Positions 26,796 to 44,600 of a DNA stretch of 64,000 bases are shown piece by piece. The notes beneath the pieces are model-generated. The model did no database searches. It was not told the DNA's origin and worked only from the letters and a program-made list of their open reading frames with translations. The position numbers and the translations under genes were made by a program. The stretch comes from Octopus vulgaris (Eukaryota). Where the stretch lies: assembly GCA_951406725.2 (NCBI GenBank), contig OX597820.1, positions 28,520,001 to 28,584,000 of the forward strand, read 5' to 3'. Position 1 is the first letter of the stretch. Each line of letters opens with the position of its first letter.

Positions 26796-27854
26796 AAAAT
26801 ATAAATAAAAATATATATATATATATATATGTTTATATGTATGTATGTATGTATATATGTATATATATATATATATATGAATATATACATACATATTGTT
26901 TATTCGTGCATGCATGTATGCAAGTATTTTTTCTATGAATTAATAAGTATGCATTATTTCGACAGTATGTGAATATGAAAGCAAATATAATGATATTGTT
27001 TCCTAACCACTTTTTCGAAACGAAATTCTCTGAAATTGTAATAGCAAATCAATATCTTAAACTACTTCTGCGTATCGTGTATGCATTTGTATGTATATAT
27101 ATACTTGTGCGTGTATGTGTATGTAGGCACGCGCACGTGTGTGAGTGTGTGAGTTTGCGTTTATTCATTTTTTTTGCGCGTATATTTGTGTGTGCATAAA
27201 TGTGCGTTTTTCATGTGTGTATCTGTCTACATAGGAATCCTTGTGTTGCATGTGTTAGTATTTATTTGTAAGTTTACGCAAATATAGAGTGTAAATGGAT
27301 GCATATATAAATAATATTGTCTCCGACAATCACTTTTTTAATGTATTTACCTCATATCTGAAAATGCAATTAAATACACAGATCCACATTATATCACTAT
27401 GTGAATATTGTATGCAAGTGCATATGCGTCAATAAGCACTGTATTTTGTGAACGCATTTGCGTTTATAAATAAGTGAAAATGACAGCGTAGATCTCTGAA
27501 ATATTTGTTTCATAAATAGAATATTCCATAGATAAGCACTCACTCAAAGACGCATACTAGCGCACTGGTTTGCAGGACGATGAGAATGATAATTTGACAC
27601 ACACACACACATACACACACATACACACACACACACACACACACGCACGCACACATACACACGCACACACGTACGCACGCACGCACCCACACACACACAC
27701 ATACATATATACGGAAAGAGAGAGATAGAGACAGACACATCGATAGACAGAGATGGAGAGATGTAGGTCGGTAGATGGATGAACGTATCAATGGTTACAT
27801 GTGAAAGAACGTACGCGTAGAAAGTGAGATAAAGACATGCATAGAGAGATAAAC

Positions 27855-27923
<69 letters not shown>

Positions 27924-27949
27924 TATAGATAGATAGATAGATAGGTAGG

Positions 27950-28037
<88 letters not shown>

Positions 28038-28039
<2 letters not shown>

Positions 28040-28808
28040 TGTTCCTTTATTAGCCACACAGGGCTGCACACAGATAGAACAAATTACAAGGTAGAGCTTT
28101 TCTTTTGAAGGTTTAAAAAAAAAACAGGAAGGGGGAGTTTCGATCAAAAGGGATCGTAAAAGGAGAGAAAGAGGACAAAAAAAAGGGGGGTTAAAAAAAA
28201 AGGGGAGAGGAAAAAAAAATTGATCAATAGGGATCGTTATCACAGAAATGTCAATATGAAGTGTAAAGAGGAGGACAGGTGAGGTTTACCCGTGGAAAGA
28301 AAAGCCTACGGAAAAGACCACGGTAACCTCGGTCAATGGAGTCACATGTTATATTTCTTTTTTTTTTTTTTGCGAATAAGCAACTCTCTGTTTTCAATTT
28401 CTGGGTTCATAGGATCATGCTCAAGGTGGCTTCGTCATTCATACGTGCCATCCTTGCTACATTCACCCATCTTTTTTTAAAACATTCGCTAGACAAAACT
28501 TGCCTCTCTACTCTCACTTTCCTTTTCAAGTGGTACTTGAAGAAGTTGATGAGAGATTGACCAGAGAGGAAAGTGTTTGTCTCCAATCCTTTCAGACGCG
28601 TCCACCAGATACATTCCTTCGCCATAGCCACAAGGATGATGAAAATAGCTCTTCCTTCCCGTTTGAAGGAAGGAGGCGTGACAATATTGACGATAGACTC
28701 AGCTGATAAACCGACTCGTCCCACACGTGACAGCAGTTGTTCGACATAAGCCCACAGGTCGGAAATTGTTGGACACTGCACGAGTGCGAGCAGAACGGTT
28801 TCGTCGCT
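28038..28808 (-). mobile_element. 5'-truncated Tx1/L1-clade LINE (copy 1) in (GATA)n
   Basis: ORF 28407-28781 gives the C-terminus after the zinc finger. The 3' UTR ends in AATAAAGGAACATA and runs into (TCTA)n. (GATA)n lies on both sides. Confidence 0.85.
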
Positions 28809-28878
<70 letters not shown>

Positions 28879-29063
28879 GGATAGATAAAGAGAGACAGAG
28901 AGATAAGTAGAGACAGACAGAGATAGAGAGAGAGAGAGCGGGAGACAGATAAACGGATAGCTAAATTGATAGATTATATAGTTAAAGAGGCAGAGACAGA
29001 CAGATAGACAGACAGATAGACAGTTAGGCAGATACACAGATTGACGGTCCTTGTGCTATAAAT

Positions 29064-29255
29064 GACGGTAAAGAACATAGAAATTCAGAGTCTGTGTAAA
29101 TTAAACAAATGAACTATTCTGCATTACAATTCCTGTATTTAGACGGACATGCCTGGAATATTTCGCTTGTTTCCTTGCCAAAAATGTAATGCCACCAATG
29201 TTTATTGAGATGTAATTATCTAGAGAAGTCTGGTGTGACTTTATTGCAAATGAAA
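29064..29255 (+). repeat. Unclassified roughly 190-bp dispersed repeat (second copy 31766-31950)
   Basis: GACGGTAAAGAACATAGAAATTCA...TTCCTGTATTTAGACGGACA...AATTATCTAGAGAAGTCTGGT is present twice in direct orientation. Confidence 0.8.
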
Positions 29256-29335
29256 TGTATTTTTGTTCTTTGCTTACCCAGTAATTATTTTGTGTTACCA
29301 CTAGGAAGCTAGAAAATGATACATACTCAGAAGAT

Positions 29336-29419
<84 letters not shown>

Positions 29420-29633
29420 TTATTTATTTATCTATCTATCTATCTATCTATTTATCTTTCTATCAATTTATCTTGCTATCTATCTGTTTATCAATCAAGC
29501 TATATAAAAATATCGACTGCATTTTAAGGCGTAAGAGAATTTATTCGCTGTCCGCCTGGTGTGAAACGAGACAACTGCAAGCCAGTCAAGCGAGACAACT
29601 CACATCAGGTCATAGTTTTTGACTTGTCAATGC

Positions 29634-29676
<43 letters not shown>

Positions 29677-29683
<7 letters not shown>

Positions 29684-30938
29684 TTGTAGAAAAGGAAAAA
29701 AAGTTTGCTAATGTTTTGTAAATACAAGGGATAGTTTTATTCATCAAAGTATGTACCCATATTGTCAATAAACTTTTGTCATTTCAGCGGTAGCTTGTCC
29801 AGCCCAGAACTGTAAAAACCTGGCAATCTAGGGTCAATAAAATCTTGGAAGGCCTGTGTTACAGCATCATCGGAATCACTTACTTTTCCTATCAAAATGT
29901 TATCCAAATTCTAGAAGAAGTCGCAGTGTGTATGGTGGGCGATGGAGAACTTCAAACTCCAACTCCTGTAGTTTCACCGCTGACATTTTCGCGATGTGTA
30001 GTCTGGCGTTGTCTTGCAATAAAATAGGAGTGGATCGGTTGACTAATCTAGACTGTCTTTTTGTAAATTTCTGCATCATTTGGTGAAGTTGACTGCAGTG
30101 TACTTCGGATATGATTGATGAGTCAGGCTTAATGAAATCACAATGGATCACACCTGCGCCAGACCACTAAACACACACCATCAGCTTTTTTGATGATATT
30201 TGCTTTTTAGACTGTGTTTTGGCGGCTCGTCTTTGTCTAACCATTGTGCTGAACGTTTACAGTTGTTGTATTGGATCCATTACTCATCACATGTTAGAAT
30301 TCGATTCAAAAATGATTCATTTTGGTGACTAGAAGGTAGCATAATGCAGGCTTCAAAACGTTGCTGTTTCTGATTTTCATTGAGTTCATATGGAACCCAC
30401 TTATCCAAATTTTTCACTTTACAAATTTGAACTTGGAGAGTCAATATTGTTAGCTTGCTAACACCAAACATCAACGATAATTCACGGACACTTTGAAATG
30501 GATTTGACTCGGCGGTGGTTTTCGGTTCGTCATTATCCACCTTTATCCCTGGTCTACCGTGTTGCTCATTTGTGAGGTCAAACTGAACATTTAATTAACA
30601 TAATTTTACAAACCAATTTGATACTGTCTACCGTGTAATAACATTAGAAAAAAATACTCCATTATTATTCCGAGGTGTCTGTGATGCTGTATTTCCAAGA
30701 AAGAACTCATACTTCAAAACTGTACGAATTTCCGACTTATTCATCTGTAAACAAAAACAGCAAAAAAAAAAAACGATTTAAACATACTTCATAAAGCACA
30801 AAATGAGTTACAATAAGGAAATAGACGTATAAGCTTTCTAATAAAAATTAAGATTTTCAAAATATAATATTGGCGCAAAATGAGCAGCTGTCAAAGTTTA
30901 CCATATACCTTACTAAAAATTTCATACATGACGACCTA

Positions 30939-30941
<3 letters not shown>
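29677..30941 (-). mobile_element. Degenerate mariner (DD34D-type) transposon
   Basis: WVPYEL, RILTCDE, LLQDNARLH and HRPPYT motifs in ORFs 30280-30540 and 29900-30151. The minus strand starts with TIR-like TATTAGGTCGTCATGTATGAAAT. Confidence 0.85.
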
Positions 30942-30974
<33 letters not shown>

Positions 30975-31324
30975 ACATATATATGTATATATATGTGTGT
31001 GTATAAAGACATAAACATATAGCTAGTAATATATGTATATGTCTTTATGCACAGCATTTTAGGTTGCACCAGAGTTATTTTTAACGTGTGGTTCTCAAAA
31101 TTGGCAGGCATGTAAGAAATTAAAAACAAAACGTTTGCTAGCACTGAAGAGCACCTTGTATTAGGCAACCGTGCTGTTATCTAACATCCAGTTTAGTAAC
31201 CCGTGCGAAATCGATTGGTAAAACAGAACGTAATAGATACATAACTACTATACACATTGATTAATAAATCTACACCATTGCGAAATACACGAGTGCATAT
31301 TTGTTTATTTTTTCTGAATTATAG

Positions 31325-31732
31325 GTTTGTAGCTGTGTGGTAGGAAGCTTGCTTTCTAACCACATGGCTCCGGGTTCAGTTCCCCTGCATGGCATTATGA
31401 GCAACTCTCTTCTGCTATAGCCTCGCGCCGACCAAATCCTTGTCAGTGGATTTCGTTGACGAAAACTGATAAAAGCCTGTCGTGTATATATTTATGTATA
31501 TATCTATGTGTGTGTATTTCTGTGCCTGTGTTCGTACTCACACCCTCCGTTCACAGCCGGTGCTGGTGTGTTTACGTCCCTGTAAGTTAGGATTTCGACA
31601 AAAGGGTCGATAGTATAAGTACTAGGCTTCGAAATATAAGTCCTACGGTCGATTTGCTCGATAAAAGCCCTTCAATGAGGTGTCCCAGTCGACTGAGTGA
31701 ATCAAGTAAGAGATAAAAGATAAAAGATAAAA
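31325..31732 (+). mobile_element. tRNA-headed SINE, family A
   Basis: GCTGTGTGGTAGGAAGCTTG...CCGGGTTCAGTTCCCCTGC head and (AAAGAT)n tail. Confidence 0.8.
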
Positions 31733-32661
31733 GAATATATATGTGCGTGTGTAAGTGGGGGAGGTGACGGTAAAGAGCATAGAAATTCATAGTCTGTGTA
31801 AATTAAACAAATGTAGAAATATGTATTACCATTCCTGTATTTAGACGGACAGGCCCGAAATATTTCGTTTGTTTCCTTGCCAAAATTGCTTGTGTGTACT
31901 GAGAGGTAATTATCTAGAGAAGTCTGGTATGACTTCATTGTAAATTGAATATAAGTATGTATACATATATGTTTGTATATATGTATGAATATGTGCATGT
32001 ATACATCTATGTATCTACGTATGTATGCATATATGTATGTGCATGTGTCTGGTGTATATTTATGAATAGATATTACTGTCTCTGCTGAACGATCTCATGC
32101 ACGGGGACTTACGTACGCATGCCCACGTACGCATGGACATATTTTCACTCAGACATCATCAAGAAATAGAACTGAACTCTCTATCGAATTAATTTTGGCA
32201 AACAATTGTCAGTTGCCATATGACCTCGTTGACCTATAATTCTCAACCGCAACCACACTCTAATGTTTTACGGAAAAACTTATTTAGCTCAGTAAAGTGA
32301 CAAAGATTGACTGTACTACGCCAGACACGACTATTGCAGCATAAAGAATTCGACATTATCACGTTTAAATTAGTGTCCTTCGGAATTTTTTGCGTCAATT
32401 TACGCCCGTATTTAAATAAAAGAAGGAAAAAAAAAACATATTACTGCTATTTTACTCCGGGCAGAATAATTAGAATACCGGATGATATGCTTTCTACTAT
32501 TTATTCCGACCCGCTGTTATCTGGTACCAGATCGCTACATATTGGGTTTATTAAACCGACTATCACCCTACCCTATTTGGCCTTGTGGCAATGTCAGAAA
32601 CGATTGATATTAAATTTTACAGGCACACGCACTCACACACACAAACACACACATCTATCTA

Positions 32662-32716
<55 letters not shown>

Positions 32717-32721
32717 ATCTA

Positions 32722-33555
<834 letters not shown>

Positions 33556-33707
33556 CATATATATCTATATACATATATATATGTATATATATATATGTAT
33601 GTATATATAAATATATAAATATATATATATATATACATACATATATATCTATCTTCATATATATATCTATATATATATATGTATATATATATATACATAT
33701 ACATATT

Positions 33708-33767
<60 letters not shown>

Positions 33768-33832
33768 AATATATAAATATATAAATATATATATACATAC
33801 ATATATATCTATATACATATATATATCTATAT

Positions 33833-34789
33833 CACTTAGAATAACTTAGAAAGGTTTTGGCCAGTATTGGCCCAGGCCATGTCTAACTTAATAGCACCAC
33901 CTGGCGAAGTCTTTCAGTTCAGGATTTGGGCACCAAGGCCCATTCGAGCAGAGAGTTATTGTTTGCGGAGACATATCCGGGTGTGGGTGGTTTGTCCGGT
34001 ACTGTTTGAAGGAATTTGTCCGAAGACTTCTTGAATTTTGTGTGGTCAGTTTCTTTTTTGACGTGTCCTGGTGTAATGTTGAAGAGAGCGGGTCCAATTG
34101 AGGTGAAATAGTTGTGCCGTATTGTCGTTATGTGATGCGATTTAGATTTTTGTTGTGGACAGATGGCACGTGGTCCAAGCCTTGGATGTATTTTGAAGGT
34201 GATGCCAACATCATTCGGACAGTGCTGATGGAATATTTTCCACATCATACAGATAATGTAGCGTTCACGGCGTCGTTGGAGTGAATACAATTTCAGCTTT
34301 TCTAGTCTACCCCAGTAGTCAAGGTCTGACATGCCATCTATCTTTTTTGTGATTGACCTTTGGGGAGCTTCAATTCTCGTAATACTTTGTTTTGTGTCGG
34401 GAGACCACAGTGGACAGCAGTATTCAAGGTGGGGTCGGGCAAAAGTGGAGAATAGAAGGATAATAGCGTGGGAATCTCTCGACTGGAAGGTTCTGAGAAT
34501 CCAGGAACACATTCTGCGGGCCATGTCAACTTTGCTGCTTATACGTGTAGCCCAGCTTATGTTGTTGTCCACTGTTACTCCCAATTCTCTGATGTTGTTG
34601 GATGCCATGAGAATTTCTCCAGAAGGAAGAGAGTATGGGAGTTTCAGAGCGTCCTCCCTTCCAAAGTGGATCAGTTCGAATTTGTCTTCATTTAGCAACA
34701 TGTTATCTTTTCCGCCCATTGGACAACAGCCAGTAGGTCTGACTGAAGGTTTATTGGGTCATCCACGCCATTGATGACCTTCTGGAGCT

Positions 34790-34790
<1 letters not shown>
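33833..34790 (-). mobile_element. 5'-truncated CR1/L2-group LINE (RT C-terminal region, ORF 33919-34719)
   Basis: [12 protein letters not shown]...RELGVTVD...RPHLEYCCPLWSP...LKLYSLQRRRERY. A short tandem TTCTAAGT tail follows, and (TA)n flanks both sides. Confidence 0.85.
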
Positions 34791-34859
<69 letters not shown>

Positions 34860-34937
34860 TATATCTATATTCATATATATATCTATATATATGTATATAT
34901 ATACATACATATACATATACATATATATATATATACA

Positions 34938-35096
<159 letters not shown>

Positions 35097-35130
35097 TTCA
35101 AAATTTGATACTGATTAGAAGATCGAAAAT

Positions 35131-35174
35131 CCACCTGAAGATTGTCGGTAGCAGACATGAAACATTTGTAGTGG
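35131..35174 (+). ncRNA. Minimal type I hammerhead ribozyme in a solo LTR-like unit (35096-35350)
   Basis: CCAC-CTGAAGA-TTGTC GGTAGCA GACAT-GAAA-CATTTG-TA-GTGG: stem I CCAC/GTGG, stem II TGTC/GACA, GUA triplet. Confidence 0.75.
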
Positions 35175-35345
35175 CGGTTTATTTAATTTATATTAAAATT
35201 TTATGTATTGATTAAGTCTTTCCTTGTTTGGTTTTAAAATAGTGGTTTTGTCTCGAATTATATTATATAATATTTTACTATAAAATTGGATTTAACCCTA
35301 AATCTGATTTTTTTCCCTGTAATTTTGGATTCATTCCCTAATATT

Positions 35346-35428
<83 letters not shown>

Positions 35429-35828
35429 GAATAAACGTCTACATGATATGGAGTTGAAAACGATTTCAAAGGTTCGATCGGAAAGTTTTCATCGGACGCT
35501 CCGATGAAAGCAGCAGGCCTAGTAGTGTAGACCCTTTTCACATCGACTCTTGTAAAAGTCTAATAAGCATGGAATCGACATAAACATCTCGAATGAATTT
35601 CGAATCTTGAGACGAATGGTAAATTGTTTACTGTATATAACTTGTCATAAAAACAAAAGATAGATCGATAGAGAGATAGATAGAGAGATAGATAGATAGA
35701 TTGATAGATAAATAGATAGATAGACATAAACAAAGATATATATGTATACCTATATATACATATATGTGTATATATATATAAACATATATATATATTCATT
35801 TATATATATATATACGTTTATATATAAA

Positions 35829-35892
<64 letters not shown>

Positions 35893-36659
35893 TAATGTAC
35901 ATATGTATGTATGTGTAGCTGATTTGGACAATCCCCGTCTGTAATATCAAAATTCTAGTGTTGCTTTTAGCTATTTTAATCCTTATATATCGTTAATGAC
36001 TTTTGCAAACACATTAAATTGACAAATCTGATGTCTGGTTTTGTTCATCTCCTATCGGTGACGAAAAGATAAAAAAAATTAACATTTTTATTGGGTTTTT
36101 ACGTGGGATAAATTTATTATGTATCTTCTTTATAAAATTATATTAGCTTGTGTGAATGGAATGAAAGTGAGCGTGGTGTGTGTCTCCGTGTTTATGTCTT
36201 TCTATTTCCTTATATATTTGTCTTTAGTATATTTCTGCGTATATATTCATATATATTATGTTATATGATATTATACGCTATATTCTATTACATTATATTA
36301 TATTATATTACATTATATTACATTATATTATATCATATTTTATCATATTATATTATATTATATATTTCTTGAGTTTGAAATTTAAGATGTATATCGTTGT
36401 TGTGTGCGAGGGTGATCTATTGCGATATCATCTTTCTTGATATGTTCATTGGCTTTTTTAGTAGTTCGAAAATTAAAGGAAATTCTAAAGACCTTGACTT
36501 AGTGGTGTATGACAGGAGAACTGTAACTCATGGATAATCTATCGTTTAACACGCTAATATTACATACGCAGCAGAACGTCGCCGCTTTTCTTCTAGCCAT
36601 TCAACATCTTTGGTGATTAAGGCCCATGTCTCACTAAAAAAATGTTATGATAAAGTATC

Positions 36660-36872
36660 CTTCTCGAGTTGTGCCAATTCAAATGGGCCGGTTTCCTGGT
36701 ATCCATGGCGGCAGAGGACGCTAGTCCATCCCAGGCTTACTCATTTTTGCCAGATATGTGATCTGGAGCAACATGAAATGAAGTGTTTTGCTCAAGAACA
36801 CAATGCGTCGTCCGGTCCAGGAATCGAAACCACAATTTTACTATCAGGTGTCCAATACTCTTACCACTAGAT
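36660..36872 (-). mobile_element. SINE related to family B
   Basis: CAAGAACACAATGCGTC..CCGGTCCAGGAATCGAAACCACAAT is the reverse complement of the family B head. Confidence 0.7.
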
Positions 36873-37062
36873 CTCACTGCTATACTATATTTCATTCCTC
36901 ACGCAAGCCTCATTCAATTTGTCCATCAATCTGAAGGAGAGAGAACTTTTTTTATCAGTAAACATTTCCCGTCCCATTTTTATTAAGATTTCAAAGCACT
37001 CACCGGCATTAGTATTCACATTATTCAGATTCCCTGAATAACAGAAATTATTTCTTAATTCT

Positions 37063-37328
37063 AGTGGAGGCGAGTGGCTTAGTGTTTAGGGTGTCAGCAC
37101 CGTGATCGTAAGATTGTGGCTTCGATTCCTGTACTGGGTGACGCGTTGTGTTCTTGGGCAAAACATTTCATTTCACGTTGCTCCAATCCACTCAGCTGGC
37201 AAAAATGAGTAACACTGCGATGGACTGGCGTCCCGTCCAGCTAGGGAGAACATACGCCATAGAAACCAGGAAACCGGGCCCATGAGCCTAGCTAGGCCTT
37301 AACAGGGAGCATTTATTATTATTTTATT
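37063..37328 (+). mobile_element. tRNA-derived SINE, family B
   Basis: Collinear with 18548-18821 along its length. Confidence 0.85.
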
Positions 37329-37896
37329 TCTTAATTCTAACAAATTTTATGGGTATTTAGAAGAATTTACACCTTGTGTCCTGTTATGGATGAACATCTT
37401 TAAGCATCTAGCTCGTACTCAGAGCATATTTCTGATTATGATCCTACAACATATATGTATGTAGAACTATTTCACTGAGTACATTGCACTGAATTTCTTG
37501 GCACTCTGAATGTCGAGGCACTCAGAACACCTGTCGTGGCACTGCAAGCCACAACCTCATAATATCTCACGCAGCTGCCCATGTCACGCATTACAGCCTT
37601 TACAGTGTTCATAGTCCATTGCCCAACAATCACGATACTAGCATTTTGATACCCGAAGCGAATCATCATGATTCAGGCAACTCTTTTCTTATATTCTGAT
37701 TATTAATAATGTTAGCCTTTCCACAGCTATAATATCATAATGACTGTTCTTCAACACATCAACCTGTTTCTCAAAAGGATATAAAATGTTGTCAAATTGA
37801 GCTTGGGCACTTAACATGTGTGTGTATGTATGTATGTATGTATGTATGTATGTTTGTATGTATGTATGTATGTATGTATGTATGTATGTATGTATG

Positions 37897-37936
<40 letters not shown>

Positions 37937-37937
37937 C

Positions 37938-38012
<75 letters not shown>

Positions 38013-38075
38013 TATATACATAACACGTTATAGCATATATTATGATAGGGGCTGCAAACAGCTGTTTTTATCAAT

Positions 38076-38131
<56 letters not shown>

Positions 38132-38145
38132 GATAGATAGATAGA

Positions 38146-40949
<2,804 letters not shown>

Positions 40950-40967
40950 CAGATAGATAGATAGAAT

Positions 40968-41066
<99 letters not shown>

Positions 41067-41611
41067 GGGCAAAGAATCAGTGATAGTTATATACAGAAGT
41101 AACGAGAGACAAAAACAGAGAGACTGATGTAAGGACGCCTCTGAGACAGAGAAAATGTTTGTAGAATTCTCTTAAATGAAAAGAAAGAACACATGGAATT
41201 TTAAAATAGAGTTGCACAGTTTTAGAATCGCAGTAGAGAAAGTCAATCAAAACCAATTGTGAATTCCAAATAAACTCCAGCGAAAATTAACATGGAACTC
41301 AATCAAATTGAAATTCCACTGGGTTGAGCTTGTCAAACGAATCTCGCGCAGATTTCAGCAATTCACACATAACGATATAATGAAATAAGATTAAATACGT
41401 AACGATTAAAGTCAGAGGAAAATTTTCTTAGAATGCGATGGGTAAATTGTCGCCTATGTTATATTTTTAATTTTGGGCATGCGCATTGTTCGGTTCTGAT
41501 TTTGACGACCACCATTGTATGTGGGTGGCGGTCGCGGTCGCGGTGGTGGTACTGATGATGACGATGGTAGTGGATGTGTTGTAGGAAGAATTTGTTCTCG
41601 GCGAGACTTGA

Positions 41612-44600
41612 ACATCATCATCATCATTGTTCGACTGTGGTCGAGACAATGGAATTTACCATGTTGCGCCAGACTTCACGGTCCACCATAGCATTACGGA
41701 GGTCCTGTTGCTGGATGCCTGTATCCCTGGAGATTACATCAGGGTAGGAGAGTGTGCGCCCTCTGGTGTTGCGAGTAGATGGCTTCCAGAGGAGAAGAGT
41801 AGAAATTACTTCTTTTTCAGCTCTACAACAATGTCCAGCAAACTGGACTCTCCTACCCTTCACAAGAGATGACACAGGTGGTAATTTCCCATATATTTGC
41901 ATTTTAGTTGGATGGCGCCTCCACGAGAGATTTTGAGCTCTCATAAGGAGGCGAGTGTAGGTTCCATCCAACCGCCTCTCAAGCTTCTTTGATAACGTCC
42001 AGGTTTCTGAGCCATATAGTAGGATTGGTTCGACTGTGGCTTTGAATATTTCAAGTTTGAAGTCTCTACTTAGATTTGATGACCAGATCTTATGCATGTC
42101 ATTACAGGCTGACCAGGCCATACCCTTTCTAGTTAGAAAGTCTTTTCCAGATGATGATATGTATGACCCAAGATATTTATAATCAGAAACCATATTTAAA
42201 GGTGCACTGTTGAGAGTGTGGATGATGCAATCACTGTTGGACAGGCACTTGTTTATGTATTCAGTTTTGGTCTCATTAAGGTAAAGACCTACACAATTTG
42301 AGGCTTGTTCAAGAGATTGTAAAAGAGACTGGGCATTGGAGAGAGAATCACTGATAAGAGCGATGTCGTCAGCAAAGTCAGTGTCTGTCAAGTACTCAGC
42401 TGGGTGTCTGGAACTTCTTCTTGGTTTTATTTCAAAGCCCTTGCCAGAGATGGTATCAACTGACATACGTAGCACATAATCAACAACAATGATGAAAAGA
42501 AATGGGGCGAGTGTGTCTCCCTGCAGTATTCCGGCCTCGATCGAGAAAGATGATGTTTCTCCATCAGGGGTTAAGATGGTTGAAGACGTATCTGTGTAGA
42601 GGACCTTGATGGCAGAAATAATTTTGTCTGGTATCCCATAGAGCTTAAGGATTTCAAACATCTTGCACCTATCTACAGAATCGAACGCTTTAGAAAAGTC
42701 TACAAATACCATTGCAAGATCGCGATTAAATGCTTTTGATTCTTCAATAAGTCTGCGCAGGCATAGTATCTGGCTCAGCGTTGAGCGCCCATGTCTGAAT
42801 CCATTTTGGTTCTTTCGGAGCAAAGGTTCAACAAAAAGGACAAGACGATTTAGGATCAGTTTGTTGTACAGTTTTGCAGCAATTGACATTAGAGATATGC
42901 CCCTGTAGTTGGTGACGAGGGACAAATCGCCTTTTTTGGGTATTGGAATGATTTGAGACTGGTGCCAAATCTTTGGAGCGACAAAGGTGGAAAGTGTGTG
43001 GTTGCAGAGGTTAAGCAAAAGTGTGTGAAATCTATCATCCTTCCAAATCACAGCCGGAATGTTGTCGGGACCAAATGCTTTCGAGGCTTTTAGTTGCTTG
43101 GTGGCTGCTGTTAGTTCAAATATGGTAAAAGGGGAGGTGTTGATGTCCAGCGTGTCTGATATAGGCACACTTGGGAGAGTGGGGTTATCAGGGATTTTGG
43201 CATTCTTCCCAAGGAGGTTTTTAAAATGGGTTGACCAATTTTCTAAACGCTTCTTAGCTGATCCCCCTTTAATTCTAATTGATGACCCAGAATTTTTGCC
43301 TGATAGGTCTTTGATGGATTTCCAGGCGAGATGGTGTTTTTTACTAATGTGCTCTTTCGATAGTTTACTAATTTTGCCATTGATAAATTCGACCTCGGCG
43401 TTCAAGTAAGCCTCATCAAGATTCTTCCTGGCAGCTATGAGTTGGATCTTCAGTGACTGGGATGGAGAACGGTGGTAAGCTAGTGATATAGACTTTAGAT
43501 GGTTTCTGGCTTCGATGACATTTGGGGAATTAGAAGGTTTGCTCTGGCCCCTACTCTTCCTTTTGGGAAGAGTAGCCAGTGCAACTTCCTCTGTTGATTT
43601 GATGAGGCTGCTGTATACTTCCTCAATGTTCTCAGCATCTATTTCAGAAGTAGACAGAGATTGAAATTTGTTATAGACCTCAATAGTAAATTGTTTGGAC
43701 ATATCGGGGTTAGATAAGACTTCCTCCCAGTCGATCATTTTGATCGGGTGAGGCTTAGTTTTTTTGGATGAGCGAAGACTAAGCTTAACGGTAGCTGATA
43801 CAATTCTGTGGTCAGAGCCGACAGAACTAAAGGAAGAGTAGGATCTCGAGTCCTTAACACTATTGCGCCATTTCTTTCGAAAGATGAGGTAGTCAATTTG
43901 TGCCCTATCACCAAGTGGGGACTCAAATGTCCAAAGTTGACCTTTTGGTTTCATAAAAGAATTGTTGGAGGTGTAGAGATTAAATTCCTCCAAGAAGTCT
44001 TTGAGCATTTCTCCGTTCCGATTGGTTTTAGAGTTGAAAGTAAACTTGGTCTCATCGGGTCCTAGTCTAGCATTCAGATCACCAGCTATAACCAGAAAAT
44101 TATGGAGAGGTACTTGCTCAATGGTTGAACGAAGGGTTGTATAGAAATTTTCAATTTCGTCTGCCACAGACGAATTATGTGGGCTATACACACATACCAA
44201 TGTTGTTTTTGGGTTTCCATCTATCTCAAGCACCATAATTCTAGGTGAGATTGACTCTATACTCAAGAGAGTATCACTAGCCTTTGATGAAAGTAGAAAT
44301 CCGATACCTCCAACTGTTGAATTAACAGTATTCTTTGATGCTGAGGAGGTTACAAGTTGATAAGAACCGACTTGATGGTATTTGAGGATGTTGTCAGGGT
44401 GGTAAAATCGGTGTTCTTGGACAGCTATTATATCAATGCCATGTGATTCTGCATTTGCACCAAGTTCTTCTAGACGGCCAAGAGAGCCGAGGGTGCGGGC
44501 ATTGAGGGTGCTGAGTATCGTATGATTTTTACAGCTGATGAGGTGTTTGTTTGGTGTTGTTTGGTTGGGGGCTGACTCTTCTCCATCAGGTGATACCCGT

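Noticed and set aside
37490-37810. Possible very old REL-endonuclease LINE C-terminus on the minus strand
   Set aside because: Similarity is limited to a few residues and catalytic motifs are not recoverable.
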